A DNA stretch of 64,000 nt from Terriglobales bacterium (GTDB lineage: Bacteria > Acidobacteriota > Terriglobia > Terriglobales > Acidobacteriaceae). The notes under the pieces were generated by a model that saw nothing but the letters and a program-made list of their open reading frames with translations, was not told the origin of the DNA and made no database searches. The position numbers were made by a program, and so were the translations under genes. The stretch covers positions 18,636 to 82,635 of the forward strand of contig JBEKDG010000008.1 in assembly GCA_050014475.1 (NCBI GenBank), written 5' to 3'. How positions within the stretch are numbered: the first letter of the stretch is position 1; every line of letters begins with the position of its first letter. This document shows positions 9,616 through 20,951 of the stretch, piece after piece.

Positions 9616-9689
9616 CCCATGGTGGGACGACGGCGGTAGCTAGAAGCCGCCGCCGTAGCGCAACACTGTGACTGAACCACAAGATATTG

Positions 9690-11513
9690 TCATTCATGCA
9701 TGTCGTCGAAGAATGTCTTTAGTTCGCGGCAGCGCGAGGGGTGGCGCAGCTTGCGCAGAGCCTTGGCTTCGATCTGGCGAATGCGCTCGCGGGTGACGGC
9801 GAACGCCCGGCCAACCTCCTCCAGCGTGTGCTCCGAACCGTCCTCCAGACCAAAGCGCATCCTCATGATCTTCTCCTCGCGCGGAGTCAGAGTGCGCAGC
9901 ACCTGCCCGGTCTGCTCCTTCAGGTTCACGTTGATGGCAGCCTCGTCCGGTGCGAGCGCAGCGCTGTCTTTGATGAAGTCGCCGAGATGGGAATCCCCCT
10001 CCTCACCAATTGGCGTCTCTAGCGAGAGCGGTACCTGCATGATCTTGCGCACTTTGCGTACCTTGGCTGCGGGAATGTCCAGGCGTTTGGCAATCTCTGA
10101 CGAGGTAGGTTCGCGGCCCAACTCCTGGACCAGTTGCCGCGAGACGCGAATCAGCTTGTTGACGATCTCAATCATGTGCACTGGGAGTCGGATGGTGCGC
10201 GCCTGATCGGCAATGGCTCGGGTGACTGCCTGGCGAATCCACCACGTAGCATAGGTGGAAAACTTGTAGCCTCGGCGATACTCGAACTTGTCCACCGCCT
10301 TCATCAGGCCGACGTTTCCCTCCTGGATCAGATCGAGAAACTGCAATCCGCGGTTGCCATACTTCTTGGCGATGGAAACCACGAGGCGCAGGTTGGCTTC
10401 AATGAGCTCGTGCTTGGCCTGCTCCGCGTCCATCTCGCCCCGGATGATTTCGCGCTGCGTGCGCTGCAACTCCTGGAACCCAACGCCGGCAGCGCTTTCC
10501 AGCCCTTCCAGGTCGGCGTGATGCTGCCGCTGAGTCTTGCTGTACGCCTTCTTGAGTTCTTCGCTGCGCGTGCTCTCAACCTTCTTATCCAGATTGCTGA
10601 TGTGGCGGTCGAGCGAGCGCATAATTTCCATGTTTTTATTCACCCGATCGACCAGGCGGTTGCGCTCGAAATTCGTGAGACCGAGGTTGCGGATGATGAG
10701 CGAAATCCGAACAATCTCGCGGCCCAGCCTGCAGCGGCAGCGAGTGTGTTCGCGTGCTTTCTTTCTTGCCGGGATCGTCTGCAACTGTTCGGCCAGGTGG
10801 CCCGCTCGTTTGTAATGCTTTTGCAACTCGTCGATGCGGCGCGTGACTTCTTCGACGCGGTTCTGCAGGATCTCCTCGGTGATCTCTTCCTCATCGAAGA
10901 CGACAGTTTCCTTGATCGAGCGCACGCCGCGCCTCAAATCCTCGCCAATGGTCAGGACCTGTCGGATCACAACAGGCGAGCGGGAGAGTGCCTTCAACAT
11001 GCGCAGCTGTCCACGCTCGATGCGCTTGGCGATATCCACTTCCCCTTCTCGGGTGAGCAGAGGCACCGCGCCCATCTCGCGCAAGTAGATCCGCACTGGA
11101 TCGTTGGTCTTTTCAAGGGCGCCACCGGTGGGATCGAGTTCGACTTCGCTGCCGCTCTCCACTTCCTTATCAAGCTTTTTTTCGAAGGCCGAGAAAAGAA
11201 GCTTGGGCTGCCCCTCAAGCACATCAATCCCCCGCGTGCCGATGGTAGTGAGCAGGTCGTCCAGATCCTCTGGGGAATGGACGTCGTGCGGAATTAGGTC
11301 ATTCACCTCGTTGTAGGTGAGATAGCCCTTTTCCTTACCTGCATCAACGAGTTTCGTAATGTCGCCAATAGACAAGTGGAATCTCTTCAGCGCCGTCTTG
11401 CCATGGAAGCGAGACTCTGCGGGGAACAAGCAACGGACTACTTCTACCCTCGCCGTTGTAAGACCACGGAAGTGGAATTGATCCGAACCGTAGCGTGAGC
11501 GAAGGCCCGGCAT
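9690..11513 (-). CDS. rpoD: RNA polymerase sigma-70 factor, primary-like
   Basis: Regions 1.1-4 are recognisable ([65 protein letters not shown]). The ORF extends to 11852 but that extension looks spurious. Start is ATG 11513 or TTG 11375. Confidence 0.9.
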   Translation of the reverse strand: MPGLRSRYGSDQFHFRGLTTARVEVVRCLFPAESRFHGKTALKRFHLSIGDITKLVDAGKEKGYLTYNEVNDLIPHDVHSPEDLDDLLTTIGTRGIDVLEGQPKLLFSAFEKKLDKEVESGSEVELDPTGGALEKTNDPVRIYLREMGAVPLLTREGEVDIAKRIERGQLRMLKALSRSPVVIRQVLTIGEDLRRGVRSIKETVVFDEEEITEEILQNRVEEVTRRIDELQKHYKRAGHLAEQLQTIPARKKAREHTRCRCRLGREIVRISLIIRNLGLTNFERNRLVDRVNKNMEIMRSLDRHISNLDKKVESTRSEELKKAYSKTQRQHHADLEGLESAAGVGFQELQRTQREIIRGEMDAEQAKHELIEANLRLVVSIAKKYGNRGLQFLDLIQEGNVGLMKAVDKFEYRRGYKFSTYATWWIRQAVTRAIADQARTIRLPVHMIEIVNKLIRVSRQLVQELGREPTSSEIAKRLDIPAAKVRKVRKIMQVPLSLETPIGEEGDSHLGDFIKDSAALAPDEAAINVNLKEQTGQVLRTLTPREEKIMRMRFGLEDGSEHTLEEVGRAFAVTRERIRQIEAKALRKLRHPSRCRELKTFFDDMHE

Positions 11514-11805
11514 CAGCCCACATCCGCCGCGGCAAGGGTAGCAAGGTACGGCGGTCTCTTCATGCTGGTTGTTTGCCTTTAACGCACCCCGGAAGTCGCC
11601 GCCGACGCATTTCCGAAAGCCCCACAGCGAAACAAATAGGCCGCGAGTTTCCTGTTGCCAGTCAGTCACGCAGCCCAAACAACTCAGAAAGTTGTCATGT
11701 TGATGATACGCGATCAGCAGCCAAGCTGCTGTGAGAACTCGGTAGTGGTGCAGTTTGAAATCCACAGGGCTAGCGTCAGAGTCCGGCCTGTGGGAAACTG
11801 TCCAC

Positions 11806-11970
11806 ATGGCAAACAAGCGTACAAAAGCCGATAAAGCACAGCGCCAAGCCAATCAACTGGAAAAAAGAGCAGACACCCACCCAGAGCAAACGCCTAAGAA
11901 GCCCAAAGCACGGGAGGACTTCAGCCAAGCCGCTGCCCGGATCGTGAGAGAAGCTACCGAACAAAAGTAA
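11806..11970 (+). CDS. small basic hypothetical protein
   Basis: 54 aa from [14 protein letters not shown]..., divergent from rpoD. Support is the ORF only. Confidence 0.3.
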   Translation: MANKRTKADKAQRQANQLEKRADTHPEQTPKKPKAREDFSQAAARIVREATEQK

Positions 11971-12079
11971 ATTCCATCTGCGGTGATCTCTTAAATAAGC
12001 GTGCGAATTTCTGTCTAAAATCCTCCATGTTCTCGCACAATTTCATAATTGTGACCACTTTTATTGACATGAACAATAC

Positions 12080-12514
12080 TCACCGGCGCCCGCTCCAGAC
12101 GGGGTTGCCTTTCTCGTCTCGGAGCACCACGGTATCGTTCCCCCTCACCACTTCGCGTGCCAGCATGAGGTCGGCTTCACCGTGCTTAACTTTCGAACCC
12201 GTGAGAGAGATCTCGTCTCCCTTGTTGAAGCTCACGCCCATCTCCGCCAGAAAGGACTGCGGGCAGAGGTAGACATCGACGGTGTTGGCACCGCTCTTGA
12301 GGAGCAGGTAGGCAATTTCCTTCTCACTGCCTTTTGGCGGCAGTTTCACCTCCTCGATGGTGCCTTTCAGCTTCGTCTCGGCCTGCAGATCATATTTGGG
12401 AGCGCTTGGCGGTTGCTTGTTTTGCGCAACCAGCGGCAAGGCGCAGAAAAGACATGCCAGAAGAAGAATCTTGCGCAAGCCGAGTGACGCGGTGGGCGTG
12501 ATCCGATCACGCAT
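12080..12514 (-). CDS. secreted hypothetical protein
   Basis: 144-aa ORF with a signal-peptide-like N-terminus (LLLACLFCALPLVAQ). Confidence 0.6.
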   Translation of the reverse strand: MRDRITPTASLGLRKILLLACLFCALPLVAQNKQPPSAPKYDLQAETKLKGTIEEVKLPPKGSEKEIAYLLLKSGANTVDVYLCPQSFLAEMGVSFNKGDEISLTGSKVKHGEADLMLAREVVRGNDTVVLRDEKGNPVWSGRR

Positions 12515-13099
12515 GGCTCCCCTCTTTCGAGGAGCAACCGGGAGGCTCGGTGCGGTGGAGAACCAACATAGAAACTACCGGCTCGCGGTCTCCTCATGTG
12601 CTAAGAATGAAGCCAGCTTTCTCGCCCCAATAGTAACCCTCTTTTCAATACGCGAGATGAATAGTTTCGTGGAGGGACGGGTCGCTCCAGGGATCTGCCC
12701 CTGTTTTCTTGGCGTAGGAGAAACGGGCGCGCCGAAGCGCGCCCTTTAGATGTCTTAGCTCTGCAAAGTTGCTAGGCCGCCGCAGCGAGCGGTTGGATAT
12801 GCCCGAGCTGCGTCAACAGTGGACTATGCCCACAAAGTCAGGAAAGCGGTGGGCCGACATTCTGCACTTCCGGCCAGGATATGCTCTAATTTCGTACCTG
12901 CGGCCGATTGTTACCTTATCTCGCCGCAGGCAGGTTCGGCGGCCTTCAGTGGAAACAAAGAAGTTAAGCGCCCAGGAGGCGGCGAGAATATGGTTTAGCA
13001 GCGGCTGGCCTTTGGTCTTAGTCACGGCGACCCAGCATGGGCATGTTTCGAAGTTTGCTAGTCAGAATCTCGACAATTTCGATTACTCTTTTTTGACGG

Positions 13100-13327
13100 T
13101 CAGGACAGTTCAGATCGATAGAAGTGGCGACGCTCGAAAAGCGGCAGTGGCAGCTCAAAGACCCGCGTTTCACCGATTTCGAAGTCAAATTCCTTCCCAC
13201 ACTCCGGCGCCGGGCAACTCGCCCGAAACTTTGTCTTGCTTTCTCCAAGTTCGGTTTGCTGTCTGACAACAATCCAAGTCCCACATCTGGGACACGTGAC
13301 GCACGAGCACGCAATGCGATCAGCCAT
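13100..13327 (-). CDS. small zinc-ribbon-like protein
   Basis: From MADRIACSCVTCPRCGTW...CPAPECGKEF: two CxxC pairs. The start was chosen inside the 131-aa ORF. Confidence 0.35.
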   Translation of the reverse strand: MADRIACSCVTCPRCGTWIVVRQQTELGESKTKFRASCPAPECGKEFDFEIGETRVFELPLPLFERRHFYRSELS

Positions 13328-13716
13328 TCCAAGATTATATGGCGCTTGGAACAGAGCACCGTGGATGGCACCGGGATCGGGCAAGATTCCGACTTTCTTA
13401 GGCTTGGGGAATTTTGTGGCCGTACGCACTTTGGGTGGTGGACCGTGTGACGTCTTGGGAAGTTCGTAAACGGAAGAGCTAAGACATGCCTCCACAGAGG
13501 GTTGCCAGTGGCGACGGTTCTGCTTCGATCGAGTCGAGGGCCAGCGATTAAGGTCGTTTGACTGAAATCCACTTCCGGTCTAAAAGAACTCCAAACCACG
13601 CGCTCCCAGCCAGCGGCTGTAAGTAACCGGGTCGCCACATCGCGCCGGCAAATCGTGCCACAGGCCTGACGGGCGTCTACCGCGGACGACAAGGATTCCG
13701 CGAGGATGAGGACCCA

Positions 13717-13989
13717 ATGTCAACCCAGCCTACTCCGATCACGCCACGGGGACGCCCACACTCGGTTCGAGAGGCTCCCGTCAGTCCGCAACACGCTGCT
13801 CGCTTCCTCAACATGCACCCCAAGACCGTGCTTCGCAAGGCTCGTGAAGGGTCACTCCCCGCTCATCCGGTTGGGAGAGATCGGAAGCGCTGGCACTTTT
13901 ATCTCTCGGAGCTAGACCATTGGCTTCGTTCTCAGGTAATCTCAAGCAGCCACCCGCGTCGCCAACCCCAAGGAGATTACATTGGCTAA
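13717..13989 (+). CDS. excisionase-family helix-turn-helix DNA-binding protein
   Basis: 90 aa. AARFLNMHPKTVLRKAREGSLPAHPVGRDRKRWHFYLSELDHWL is typical of Xis/MerR-like HTH proteins. It overlaps the integrase start by 8 nt. Confidence 0.75.
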   Translation: MSTQPTPITPRGRPHSVREAPVSPQHAARFLNMHPKTVLRKAREGSLPAHPVGRDRKRWHFYLSELDHWLRSQVISSSHPRRQPQGDYIG

Positions 13990-15151
13990 GCGAACGCGGT
14001 ATCAGTACGGTAGTGTTGAGATCGACAAACGCGTAACAGGACCGGACGTATGGCTCTATCGCTGGTGGGAAACGACTTCGGACGGACTCAGGAAACGAAG
14101 GGGTTTCACCGTCGGAACGGTAGAACAGCACAAGACAGAGGCCCATGCTTTGAAAGCAGCAGAAGGCATGCGGCTGATGATCAACGACGGCATTTCACGC
14201 CGAGAACCGGTTCTCTTCTGTGGCATCCTCGACCGTTTCCTTCTCGATCAGAAACAGGAACAGGAAGCCGAACAAATCACCGACAATACTTTAGCCTCTT
14301 ACCGAAGCATGATTTGCCAACACATCCGACCCAAGTGGGGCGACGCCTACCTGGAAGACGTTCGGCCCGCGTTGGTACAGGACTGGCTCCGCAGGCTCGA
14401 CCTCTCACCCAAGTACAAAGGCCACATTCGGTCCCTGATGTACCGTCTCTTCGACAAGGCGATGCTTTGGGAATTGCTGAACGTGGAACGGAATCCCATG
14501 GACTTGGTCGAAGTGAAGGGCATCAGCAAGCGCAAGAAACGTCCTCGCGTCCTCCAGGTAAAGGATGCTTGGCAAATACTCGACGTGCTGGTTCAGCCCT
14601 ACCGAACCATCGTGCTGATTGCACTGTGCTTCGGTTTGCGGATCAGCGAAATCCTGGGCTTGCGGTGGACGGACTTCGATTTCAAGCGATCGGTGGTTCT
14701 GATCCAACGATCAGCAGTCGGGAAGCGACTCAACAAATTGAAGACGGAGTACTCGCAAGACGAGGTCCCGATCGAGCGGGGCTTCATTCTCGAACTGAAG
14801 AAATGGCAAGCGCTCTGTCTCGACTCCGAAGGACGCTGGCTGTTCCCGAGTCCGGTGACCGGTCGGCCGTATCACGCCGACTCGATTCGTGCCGACTACC
14901 TGGTTCCAACAGGTCTCCAGTTGGGACTTGGCAGGATCGGGTTCCATATGTTCCGCCACACCTACCGTGCATGGCTGGACGAAACCGGAGCACCTGTGGG
15001 CGTACAGCAGAAACTCATGCGACACGCGCACATTTCCACCACAATGGACCAGTACGGCAATGCCTCGACCCTGGCCAAGCGCAAGGCCAATCGGCCAATC
15101 GTGCAACGCCTCTTGAGAAGGCCTGCCAATCAACAGGTCTCCATTCAATAA
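13982..15151 (+). CDS. phage-type tyrosine integrase
   Basis: 389 aa with GLRISEILGLRW, FHMFRHTYRAW (HxxR) and MRHAHISTTMDQYG motifs. It lies adjacent to the 3' end of a tRNA. Confidence 0.92.
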   Translation: MAKRTRYQYGSVEIDKRVTGPDVWLYRWWETTSDGLRKRRGFTVGTVEQHKTEAHALKAAEGMRLMINDGISRREPVLFCGILDRFLLDQKQEQEAEQITDNTLASYRSMICQHIRPKWGDAYLEDVRPALVQDWLRRLDLSPKYKGHIRSLMYRLFDKAMLWELLNVERNPMDLVEVKGISKRKKRPRVLQVKDAWQILDVLVQPYRTIVLIALCFGLRISEILGLRWTDFDFKRSVVLIQRSAVGKRLNKLKTEYSQDEVPIERGFILELKKWQALCLDSEGRWLFPSPVTGRPYHADSIRADYLVPTGLQLGLGRIGFHMFRHTYRAWLDETGAPVGVQQKLMRHAHISTTMDQYGNASTLAKRKANRPIVQRLLRRPANQQVSIQ

Positions 15152-15153
15152 AT

Positions 15154-15180
15154 AAGGGGAACTGTGTGCCAGTTCCCCTT
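15154..15180 (+). terminator. hairpin immediately after the integrase stop
   Basis: AAGGGGAACT-gtgtgcc-AGTTCCCCTT, a perfect 10-bp stem. There is no strong T tract. It is followed by the direct repeat TTGGACAGT x2 (15182-15200). Confidence 0.45.
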
Positions 15181-15240
15181 ATTGGACAGTTTTGGACAGT
15201 CGCTCCAAGTGCCCAATTGCCCGTAACCTTATGATTGCTT

Positions 15241-15317
<77 letters not shown>

Positions 15318-15542
15318 GAAAAATCATAACACAGTGTGGTGAAGCGGGGCCAAACTGACTGGCGCTCCGGTACCGTCCTGGCACTGCTCTGATCAGTAGA
15401 GCAGATCTGATGATTGGTTTCGCACTCCATCCAGTGACTGGTCTTCCTTGTTGGGTCCGCTTGAATTCTTGAGGTCCCATGCGCGTCTTGAATTCTAAGC
15501 GGACCCGCTCCTGGCGCTTCTCCGCCTTGCTTGCACGCTTGA

Positions 15543-16115
15543 TCAGCGGCTCAGCTTCTTGCGCTCGCAGGCATCTACGATCTTCTTGGGATCGATGGCA
15601 TCCCGGTCAATCTGCTCTTCCAGAATTTTTCCGTCTTTGCCGATCAGGAAGTTGACGCGGCGCGCGGCTTTGTATTTGTCAACATAGATTCCGTACTGGC
15701 GGGTGACTTCTCCTCCCCAGTCACTCAGCAGCGGGAAGGTGACGCCGATCTGGTCGGCGAAGGCTTTATTGGCGAAGGGGCTGTCCATGCTCACACCCAG
15801 GACCTGGGTGTCGGCGGCTTCCAGTTGCTTGAGATTCTGCTGGAAGGCCTTCATTTGCGCAGTTCAACCACCGGTGAAGGCAAAGATGTAGAACGCCAGA
15901 ACGACGTTGCTTTTGCCGCGATACTGGCTCAGGGAAACGTCTTTTTCGTCGCTGCCATCGAAGTATTGCAGCTTGAAGTCGGGAGCGACGTCGCCGACTT
16001 TTAGTTTCATGGGTGCAGGCTCGGGCTTGTTGCCCTGAGCTTTGATCTGCGGGCAGACAATCGCAGCTGTGAGCAGCCAGACCCCCAACATTGTCGAAAC
16101 ACACCTTCGCTTCAT
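15543..16115 (-). CDS. secreted AhpE/Bcp-like peroxiredoxin with in-frame TGA (probable selenocysteine) at the peroxidatic position
   Basis: Two same-frame ORFs are joined across TGA 15864-15866, giving ...AFYIFAFTGG-U-TAQMKAFQ... ATG 16115 is preceded by AAGGAG. The N-terminus is signal-peptide-like. The C-terminal part carries VLGVSMDSPF...FPLLSDW, typical of the AhpC/TSA fold. Confidence 0.72.
15816..15849 (-). promoter_or_regulatory. candidate bacterial SECIS hairpin
   Basis: On the mRNA the stem CUUCCAG/CUGGAAG (7 bp plus 2 outer pairs) starts about 17 nt after the UGA. The loop is large (15 nt). Confidence 0.35.
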
Positions 16116-16279
16116 GGGAACTCCTTCGAAAAGATTTCTAAAAGCGTACTCTGCGCCCGGCACACGGTCAAAGCGCAAAATGCTTTCACGAGCAGCAATG
16201 CCGAAGCACTTCTGCGGACTTTGTACAATCACTGCGTACAATGACTTTGTACAATGATTGCTGGCCTCGATCAGACCGG

Positions 16280-18052
<1,773 letters not shown>

Positions 18053-18139
18053 GCCGGTCGCTGCGGGTTTCGACTTTGTTTTGAAGGGGCGCGGCTTCAG
18101 TCGCGCCGTAATCGTCGCAAAATCAACGGCGGCTTCACA

Positions 18140-18256
18140 GGCTGCGGAAAAACTCGGGGATTCGTATCAGGTGATCGCTTTAGCGATGACGTAAACTCTT
18201 TGAAGTCAGATGCCCCTTTAGGGGCTGGGCATCAAATTCCGACTTTTCCCGCAGCC
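18140..18256. repeat. 117-bp MITE-like element with 12-13-bp terminal inverted repeats
   Basis: GGCTGCGGAAAA ... TTTTCCCGCAGCC termini. The core (18161-18233) recurs at 43801-43861 and 44022-44035. Confidence 0.6.
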
Positions 18257-18278
18257 CGCGCAACCGTACAATAAGCTC

Positions 18279-19052
18279 ATGACGGATTCATTGATTATCG
18301 CTGGCAGGCAGTTCCGTTCCCGCTTGATCGTTGGGACCGGCAAATACAAATCTTTTCAGGAAACCGCGCGCGCGCTCGAGGCCAGCGGCGCCGACATGGT
18401 GACGGTGGCCGTGCGCCGGGTGAATCTCGACCGCAGCAAGGAGTCTCTGCTCGATTACATCGATCCGAATAAATATTTTCTTCTCCCGAACACCGCCGGC
18501 TGCTATACGGCCGACGACACCATCCGCACGGCCCGGCTGGCGCGCGAGGTTGGACTCTCGGACTGGATCAAGCTGGAAGTGATTGGCGACCAGGCAACGC
18601 TGTATCCGGATGTGCAAGCGACGCTCGAAGCCACACGTGTGCTGGCGAAAGAAGGATTCACGGTGCTGGCCTATACCTCGGACGACATCGTGTTCGCCAA
18701 ACGGCTGGTGGACGCGGGAGCGTCGGCGGTGATGCCTTTGGGCGCACCGATCGGCAGCGGCCTGGGTATTCAGAACGCGGCCAACCTGCGCATCCTGCGC
18801 GAGATGATCACGGGAGTCCCGTTGATTGTGGACGCGGGCGTGGGCACAGCTTCCGACGCGGCCATTGCCATGGAACTAGGCTACGACGCCGTGCTGATGA
18901 ACACCGGCATCGCCGGCGCTCAGGAACCGGTGCTGATGGCGGAAGCGATGAAGCACGCGGTGCTGGCGGGACGACAGGCGTACCTGGCAGGGCGAATGCC
19001 GCGCAAGCTTTATGCGACTGCCAGTTCCCCGCTCGAAGGCGTGGTGCGATAG
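18279..19052 (+). CDS. thiG: thiazole synthase
   Basis: 257 aa. [19 protein letters not shown]...LPNTAGC...[13 protein letters not shown] is typical ThiG. Confidence 0.95.
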   Translation: MTDSLIIAGRQFRSRLIVGTGKYKSFQETARALEASGADMVTVAVRRVNLDRSKESLLDYIDPNKYFLLPNTAGCYTADDTIRTARLAREVGLSDWIKLEVIGDQATLYPDVQATLEATRVLAKEGFTVLAYTSDDIVFAKRLVDAGASAVMPLGAPIGSGLGIQNAANLRILREMITGVPLIVDAGVGTASDAAIAMELGYDAVLMNTGIAGAQEPVLMAEAMKHAVLAGRQAYLAGRMPRKLYATASSPLEGVVR

Positions 19053-19102
19053 AGATTCTCGTGGACGGGCGAGGCGCCCGTCGCTCCACCGGAAAAACAT
19101 AA

Positions 19103-19128
19103 GGGCGGCCACGTGGGCCGCCCTTTTT
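19103..19128 (+). terminator. rho-independent terminator after thiG (possibly bidirectional)
   Basis: GGGCGGCC-acgtg-GGCCGCCC followed by TTTTT, with an A-rich run upstream. Confidence 0.6.
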
Positions 19129-19150
19129 GCGTCTGTTGGAATCGTTAGCC

Positions 19151-19474
19151 CTACAGCATCTTGACGCTGTCCACGTGGATCTTGTCGCCGTCGATGTGCC
19201 CCGTCACGGCAACGTGATGTCCGTAGTGATCCTTAAGGGCATCGGGATTGTCCACCGCCAGGACCTTCTGGTCCTTGTCGGTAACAACAACCGGGCTGGC
19301 GCCGGCTTTGATGCACTTCTTCGTGCATTCTTCCGCGCCCGCGTTGGCTCCCTTAACGCCACACTTGGAGTCGCTAATCCAGCCGTTCACGGTTTGAGCA
19401 TCGCTGGCAAATGACACCGAGGCCACCGATAAAATCAAGGCGCCGGCAAGTAACAACAAGAGAAATTTCCGCAT
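19151..19474 (-). CDS. small secreted Cys-containing hypothetical protein
   Basis: MRKFLLLLLAGALILSVASVSFA signal peptide, with AAGGAGGG upstream of ATG 19474. Confidence 0.6.
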   Translation of the reverse strand: MRKFLLLLLAGALILSVASVSFASDAQTVNGWISDSKCGVKGANAGAEECTKKCIKAGASPVVVTDKDQKVLAVDNPDALKDHYGHHVAVTGHIDGDKIHVDSVKML

Positions 19475-19661
19475 GTCACCCTCCTTAGATTGATTCCCAC
19501 ACGTGATGCGATCTCTGAACTCTATCACAGGTGGAGCAAAGGCTGGGCTGCGAAGAAATTGGAGAACCGCGCCGGAAAAGTTGGGACAAATCCATCGCGG
19601 TTTACGGCGATTCCGGTATATCATGGCGGGCAGCATAATAACCAAGCCAGGAGGAAACGAA

Positions 19662-20333
19662 ATGGTTGCGCCGTTCCGTTTTAGCAAGTTACTCACGCTT
19701 CTGCCACTTTGTGGAATCCTGCTGTTGGCGGACATTGCCGTGGGCCAGCAGTCCTCAACCCCGTTGCTTCGCCTGCAACGTTCGAAGGCCTATCTGAATC
19801 TGGAGACTAACGTAGTGCACGCGCAGGGCATGAATGGCATCACTTATGGCAAATCGGGGGATGTGTTTAGCTATCCCAACTCGCTTTCGTGCCTGGTGGT
19901 TTATGGCGACGGCAAGTATGTGCTGGAAAAGCGAGAGGAAGCGACTTTAGGAAAGCCCAAAATCAAGACCGCCGAAGGCTCCCTGGGCGCCGACGATCTT
20001 CAGCACCTTAAGGCAATCCTCGATGATGAAGCCCTGAACAAAGTGGGCACGCCGAAGCCGCCGAACCTTCCCGACGACGCCGTCACGGTTCGCGAAATCG
20101 AGAGCATCGATGCACAAATCGACCACGCCGGCACAGCGCAGCACTTCACGACAATCAAGGAGCGGGTGAAGACGAGCGCCACCAGCGGAATGGATACCTA
20201 TATCGACAACGGCGCGCCTTACCAAAAAACGTTGAACCCGCTGATGAAGTGGTTCGAGGGTCTGGAGAAAAAGAGTAAGTCGGACCTCAAGGATTCGAAG
20301 CCCCAATACTGCGTACCGATGAACCTGGGTTAG
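19662..20333 (+). CDS. secreted hypothetical protein
   Basis: AGGAGGAAACGAA then ATG, followed by a signal-like LLTLLPLCGILLLADIAVG. Confidence 0.6.
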   Translation: MVAPFRFSKLLTLLPLCGILLLADIAVGQQSSTPLLRLQRSKAYLNLETNVVHAQGMNGITYGKSGDVFSYPNSLSCLVVYGDGKYVLEKREEATLGKPKIKTAEGSLGADDLQHLKAILDDEALNKVGTPKPPNLPDDAVTVREIESIDAQIDHAGTAQHFTTIKERVKTSATSGMDTYIDNGAPYQKTLNPLMKWFEGLEKKSKSDLKDSKPQYCVPMNLG

Positions 20334-20337
20334 CGCG

Positions 20338-20886
20338 ATGACAAGACCCATGAGATTTTTTCCCATCCTCCTGGGATTGGGGCTGGCGACGACTGCCGGC
20401 TCCGGTCAATCGCCGGCTCCTCCCGCAATTCGGCTGCTTCTTTCTGAAGTCCAGCCGGGTTCCTTGTCCGCTGACCAGTATTGCACTCTGGTGTTTACGG
20501 ACCACCGCTTCCACTCGGAGAAAGCGAGCCGCCACCACGGGAAAGATACTGACCGCAAGGTTTACGAAGGCGAACTCTCCGAAGCGGAATGGAATGCGCT
20601 CGGCGGGATTCTGGACAGCAAGGAATTTCGCGAACTCAAAATTCCGCAGACTGTGCCGCCGTTAGTCATGCAGGATACCCACCCATACACGATCAGCGTG
20701 GCGCGGGACGGCAGCTACCAGAATATGGAGTTCCTCGACAGCAAGAGTCTCAAACCCTACGAGCCGCAGATCAAGCCCCTGCTGCAATGGTGGAAGTCGC
20801 TGCGCGGGCGGCGCATCGCGGCATCGAACGCGCCTGCCAATGAAAACTGTTCGCTCGACAGCACGCACGCGATCTTCAGCCAGTAG
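20338..20886 (+). CDS. secreted hypothetical protein, paralog of the upstream gene
   Basis: Signal-like N-terminus. Shared segments with the 19662 product (EG.L....L..IL D; Y...I/LKPLL.WW/F..L). Confidence 0.6.
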   Translation: MTRPMRFFPILLGLGLATTAGSGQSPAPPAIRLLLSEVQPGSLSADQYCTLVFTDHRFHSEKASRHHGKDTDRKVYEGELSEAEWNALGGILDSKEFRELKIPQTVPPLVMQDTHPYTISVARDGSYQNMEFLDSKSLKPYEPQIKPLLQWWKSLRGRRIAASNAPANENCSLDSTHAIFSQ

Positions 20887-20951
20887 TTCAGGCGGTGAGA
20901 CCTGCAGCAGCGGAAGCCGCCGCGTTGCCGAACGATTCTTTCTAGCAGCCT

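Larger units (their letters stand above)
12549..15240. mobile_element. small integrative-element remnant next to tRNA-Met; left boundary tentative
   Basis: An xis-like gene and an integrase abut the 3' end of the tRNA. The only candidate far-side repeat is a weak gapped match to the tRNA 3' end at 12549-12567. Confidence 0.35.

Noticed and set aside
9629-9656. Terminator between the J-like gene and rpoD.
   Set aside because: Only a 6-7-bp CGGCGG/CCGCCG stem with a 13-nt loop and no U tract, which is too weak to call.
10134-11297. Long antisense or alternative-frame ORFs inside well-supported genes. Examples: 10134-11297 opposite rpoD, 16814-17962 and 16486-17724 in the fadD-like gene, 14050-15234 in the integrase, 49093-50866 opposite pilQ/pilP, 33718-34863, 56947-58059 and 62928-63950.
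   Set aside because: They are typical shadow ORFs of high-GC DNA. Their translations are Arg/Gly/Pro/Ala-rich with no motifs, while the overlapping frame has clear family signatures.
11514-11852. N-terminal extension of the rpoD ORF ([10 protein letters not shown]...).
   Set aside because: The composition is not protein-like (Cys/Trp-rich), and it precedes the recognisable region 1.1. It is more likely a leader than coding sequence.
12769-13692. ORFs 12769-13266 (+), 13018-13692 (-) and 12813-13025 (-) in the lower-GC stretch left of the xis gene.
   Set aside because: They overlap one another, have no motifs and show poor start contexts. Only the short CxxC-containing core (13100-13327) was kept, at low confidence.
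15543-16241. Treating 15864-16241 and 15543-15854 as two separate small genes, or as a nonsense pseudogene.
   Set aside because: They share a frame, and the TGA falls exactly at the catalytic Cys position. The downstream ORF would start in the middle of a thioredoxin fold with no RBS. Selenocysteine readthrough explains it better, though it remains unproven.
18175-18192. A link between ATCGCTTTAGCGAT in the MITE-like elements and the ATCGCTAA...TTAGCGAT arms of the 4806-4837 palindrome.
   Set aside because: The shared sequence is only 6-8 nt per arm, and chance similarity cannot be excluded without a genome-wide count.
18053-18278. TPP riboswitch upstream of thiG (and likewise upstream of thiE at 44678-44803).
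   Set aside because: The conserved CUGAGA / ACCUGAUCUGGAUAAUGCCAGCG-type elements are not visible. The spacers are occupied by the repeat elements described above.
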